DNA of 64,000 bases from Puniceicoccaceae bacterium. GTDB taxonomy: Bacteria; Verrucomicrobiota; Verrucomicrobiia; Opitutales; Oceanipulchritudinaceae. The notes beneath the pieces are model-generated. The model was not told where the DNA came from. It did no database searches and was given only the letters and a program-made list of their open reading frames with translations. Position 1 is the stretch's first letter. Each line of letters begins with the position of its first letter. Made by a program: the position numbers and the translations under genes. This document shows positions 60,990 through 64,000 of this stretch, piece after piece. The stretch covers positions 32,001 to 96,000 of the forward strand of contig JBFOMH010000021.1 of the NCBI GenBank assembly GCA_040830765.1. Direction: 5' to 3'.

Positions 60990-62144
60990 TTATTTTGCCT
61001 GATTCTCGGCAACCAGCTTGTAGAAGTGGTCAAAGAGAGGATCGCTGTCGTGCGGACCCGGGGAAGCTTCCGGGTGGTACTGGACACTAAACACCGGCCA
61101 GTCCTTGTGCCGCAGGCCGGCAACTGTCTGGTCATTCAAGTTATACTCCGTAACAACCGCGCCACAGGCCTTGAGCGATTCATCATCGGCAGCGAAGCCG
61201 TGGTTCTGCGAGGTGATGGCCACGTAGCCATTCTCGATATTCTTGACCGGCTGATTGGCTCCGCGGTGTCCAAATTTCAGCTTGGTGGTCGAGCCACCCA
61301 TGGCGTGGGCAATGATCTGGTGTCCCATGCAGATCCCGAAGACAGGGTACTCTGGAAGCAGTTCCGCCAGCGTCTTGTGGGCGTAGGTGACCGCCGCCGG
61401 ATCACCCGGGCCATTGGAAACGAAGATGCCGGCTGGCTGCAACTCACGAACCTTCGCGGCCTCCGTATCCGCAGGGACAACGGTGACATCAAAGCCGGCC
61501 ATCGTCAGCTTTCGGAATATGTTGCGCTTGGCCCCCATGTCGAATGCGACAATCGGGAAGCGGGGCTTTTCTTCCGGCTCCTTGTTCAGCTTTGTTCCCT
61601 CAACTGTGAAGGGTACGGGCTGCTCATCAAAGGTGTAGATTTCCCGGGTGGTCACTTCCCTGACGTAATCCACTCCGACAAGGCCCTCCCATTCCCGGGC
61701 CCGGCGGACTGCTTCCTCGTCGCTGATATCCTCCGTGCTGAGGCAGGCCTTGAGCGCGCCATGGACGCGGATTTTCTTCGTCAAGGCGCGGGTATCAATT
61801 CCACTGAGACCGGGGATACCGTTCTCCTTGAGATAGTCCGGGAGTGTCTGGTGGCTGCGCCAATTCGAGACCACCGGGCTGATGTCCCGCACAACAAATC
61901 CGCGGACCTTGGGCCCGTCTGATTCCTCGTCATCCGGATTAACCCCGTAGTTGCCAATCTGTGGCGCTGTCATGGTCACGATCTGGCCAAAGTAACTGGG
62001 GTCTGTCAGGATTTCCTGGTAGCCCGACATCGACGTGTTAAAGACCGCTTCACCGACCACTGTGACACTTGCCCCGAAGGCAACGCCCCGGAATACCGAT
62101 CCATCTTCCAAGGCAAGAACTCCCGTTTTTATTGGCTGAACCAT
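60990..62144 (-). CDS. carA: Carbamoyl-phosphate synthase small subunit
   Basis: 'GE.VFNTSM.GYQE.LTDPSY', 'SNGPGDP', 'GIC.GHQ', 'QYHPEASPGP.D'. Confidence 0.97.
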   Translation of the reverse strand: MVQPIKTGVLALEDGSVFRGVAFGASVTVVGEAVFNTSMSGYQEILTDPSYFGQIVTMTAPQIGNYGVNPDDEESDGPKVRGFVVRDISPVVSNWRSHQTLPDYLKENGIPGLSGIDTRALTKKIRVHGALKACLSTEDISDEEAVRRAREWEGLVGVDYVREVTTREIYTFDEQPVPFTVEGTKLNKEPEEKPRFPIVAFDMGAKRNIFRKLTMAGFDVTVVPADTEAAKVRELQPAGIFVSNGPGDPAAVTYAHKTLAELLPEYPVFGICMGHQIIAHAMGGSTTKLKFGHRGANQPVKNIENGYVAITSQNHGFAADDESLKACGAVVTEYNLNDQTVAGLRHKDWPVFSVQYHPEASPGPHDSDPLFDHFYKLVAENQAK

Positions 62145-62252
62145 TAAAGGGAGGGCATTAAGGAATCCTTGGCCCGGAAATCAATTCCTTTCCTGCTTTT
62201 TTGAATCTTTTTCTCCTCACCAGCAGGATGGACGACCATCAAACACGCCCGC

Positions 62253-62558
62253 TTAGCGCTTCAGGGCCAGCTGCAACTGCTCCACTATTTCATCCGCCCG
62301 CTCCGGATCGATCCAGTAGTAGACATCGCGGCACTGCTTCGTGTGGCGCACGATGCCCAGCGTCCGCAGGCGGGCCAGGTGATTCGAGACCGTCGACTGG
62401 GTCAGGCCCAGGTGCTCCGCGATCTGGGAGACGTTTTTCCCCTCACAACAGTCCGGAGTGGTTGGCAGCATTTCCAGGATGCGTAGCCGCGTCACGTCCC
62501 CGATGGTCCACAGGTATCGGGCCAGATCCTCTTCGTTGACTGGTGCGTGGGCGGTCAT
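62253..62558 (-). CDS. ArsR/SmtB family transcriptional regulator
   Basis: 'D.TRL.IL', 'V..IA..LG..QS.VS.HL..LR..G.V', 'YY'. Start at ATG 62558. Confidence 0.88.
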   Translation of the reverse strand: MTAHAPVNEEDLARYLWTIGDVTRLRILEMLPTTPDCCEGKNVSQIAEHLGLTQSTVSNHLARLRTLGIVRHTKQCRDVYYWIDPERADEIVEQLQLALKR

Positions 62559-62641
62559 TTTCTCCTGATGTATTGACAAGTTAGGATATATGAACATTAA
62601 AAAGCAAATATATTTTAATTGGGAGGGAAAAAAAGCAAACG

Positions 62642-63832
62642 ATGTATCCGCAAGACAAGAGAGAGAACTGGTACCGTGGCCGCGGGCTATGGGAGAATGT
62701 GGAGCCGGCGGAGTGGGCGGACTGGCGCTGGCAGATGCGGAACCGGATCACGAAGCTGGAGGAGTTGGAGGAGCTGATGGAGCTGACCCCGACGGAGCGC
62801 GAGGGGTGTCTGTTTGCGCGGACCAAGTTGTCGCTGGCGATCACGCCGTACTATTTCAATTTGATCGACCGGGATGATCCGGAGTGTCCGATCCGGAAGC
62901 AGGTGATACCGCGGTCGGACGAGATGATGGTCTCCCCGGAGGAGCTGCTGGACCCGGTGGGCGAGGAAGGCTCGATGGCGGTCGACGGACTGGTACACCG
63001 TTATCCTGACCGGTGCCTGTTTCTGGTAACGAGCGTCTGCGCAGCTTATTGCCGATACTGCACGCGGAGCCGTTTGGTCTCGAATGCACAAGGATATGAT
63101 TTTCACCCGAACTTTGAGAATGCGCTGAAGTACATCGAGGAGCACGAGGAGATCCGGGACGTTCTGTTAAGCGGCGGGGATCCGCTGCTGTTATCGGACA
63201 AGAAGCTGGACTACCTGCTGGGCCGGTTGCGGGCCATCAAGCACGTCGAGTTCATCCGCATCGGTTCGCGAATCCCGGTATTCATGCCACAGCGGGTGAC
63301 CCCGGAGCTGCAGGACGTCTTTCGCCGGCATGGACCGGTTTGGATGAGTATCCACGTGAATCATCCCCGGGAATGCACTGAAGAGCTGTACGGGGCAGCG
63401 GAGCGCTTGACGATGGCGGGGGTGCCGTTGGGCAACCAGAGTGTCCTCTTGCGCGGAGTAAACGACGATTTGGAGACGATGAAGTCGCTGGTCCACCGGT
63501 TGCTGATGATGCGGGTACGGCCGTATTACCTGTACCAGTGCGACCTGATTACCGGCTCGCGTCATTTCCGGGCTGACCTGGACAAGGGAATTGAGATCAT
63601 GAAGGGGCTGCGGGGCCACAGCACAGGTTATTCCGTTCCGCAATTCGTCATTGATGCACCTGGCGGCGGGGGGAAGATTCCCATCAATCCGGAGTACGTA
63701 AAGGCGATCACCGAGAGCGAAATTATCATGCGCAATTTCGAGGGGGGCGAGTATCGCTATCCCCTCAGCGGCGGCCCCGTGGTCAACGAGAACGGGCAGG
63801 CAGTCGAGATTCCGGAAGGAATTCTCGTTTAG
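62642..63832 (+). CDS. KamA-family radical SAM aminomutase (lysine 2,3-aminomutase-like)
   Basis: 'W.WQ..NRI', 'HRYPDR', 'CAAYCRYCTR', 'LSGGDPL', 'NQSVLL.GVND', 'APGGGGK' (PLP Lys). Confidence 0.93.
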   Translation: MYPQDKRENWYRGRGLWENVEPAEWADWRWQMRNRITKLEELEELMELTPTEREGCLFARTKLSLAITPYYFNLIDRDDPECPIRKQVIPRSDEMMVSPEELLDPVGEEGSMAVDGLVHRYPDRCLFLVTSVCAAYCRYCTRSRLVSNAQGYDFHPNFENALKYIEEHEEIRDVLLSGGDPLLLSDKKLDYLLGRLRAIKHVEFIRIGSRIPVFMPQRVTPELQDVFRRHGPVWMSIHVNHPRECTEELYGAAERLTMAGVPLGNQSVLLRGVNDDLETMKSLVHRLLMMRVRPYYLYQCDLITGSRHFRADLDKGIEIMKGLRGHSTGYSVPQFVIDAPGGGGKIPINPEYVKAITESEIIMRNFEGGEYRYPLSGGPVVNENGQAVEIPEGILV

Positions 63833-64000
63833 TCTGTGAGTGGCATCTCATTCAGGCCGTGTGGATGGTTGACGACGGCATAGAGCATCCCGTCTCCAAC
63901 TTTGACACTGACTTGTTCTGCCTCGACACGATTGCTTTGACCCAGTTGCTCTCCAGGGCCCATGGAGGCATCCTCAAGGTTCCAGTGGAGGCCTGTTGTG
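63829..64000 (-). CDS. 3' end of a probable thiamine pyrophosphokinase (partial)
   Basis: Minus frame reads TTGLHWNLEDASMGPGEQLGQSNRVEAEQVSVKVGDGMLYAVV...*, resembling the TPK thiamine-binding C-terminus (T.GL.W.L...G.SN). Not in the ORF track. Confidence 0.7.
   Translation of the reverse strand, partial: TTGLHWNLEDASMGPGEQLGQSNRVEAEQVSVKVGDGMLYAVVNHPHGLNEMPLTD

Overview
Bacterial chromosomal window, moderately GC-rich. It is most likely from a marine Verrucomicrobiota (Opitutae-like) organism; this is an inference from the PEP-CTERM proteins, the style of the LacI regulator, the sulfatase/CAZyme cluster and the dnaK-groES-groEL order. Layout: 1-11.8 kb is a SusCD-less sulfated-glycan utilisation locus (PEP-CTERM tail, secreted protein, GH43, sulfatase, LacI, Na+/solute symporter, HAD, GH3, BNR-repeat protein). 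11.9-23 kb holds an orphan coiled-coil protein, an initiator-type tRNA-Met, an oxidoreductase, a beta-barrel/gltS/repeat-protein trio, mtaB, a PEP-CTERM protein and a pilin-like gene. 23-40 kb is housekeeping and stress genes (dnaK-groES-groEL, sod, tadA, infA, cysK, two photolyases, sppA, sufT, xerC). 40-57.5 kb is a long minus-strand run with a moxR-Bat operon, phasin-like/UbiB pair and a TtpB/TtpC-type TonB system. It ends with an O-antigen-ligase-like gene, mdh, carA, ArsR, KamA and a partial thiamine pyrophosphokinase. Best novelty candidate: an ungapped 59-aa aromatic-rich C-terminal module shared (22/59 identical) by two otherwise unrelated secreted proteins, suggesting an uncharacterised sorting or anchoring system. 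Also notable: a sigma54-type promoter with a TGACA/GGACA palindrome array in front of dnaK, an inverted hexamer array between tadA and a sulfotransferase, and a BatB-BatC fusion with four inserted repeat domains. No CRISPR array, rRNA or transposase was seen.
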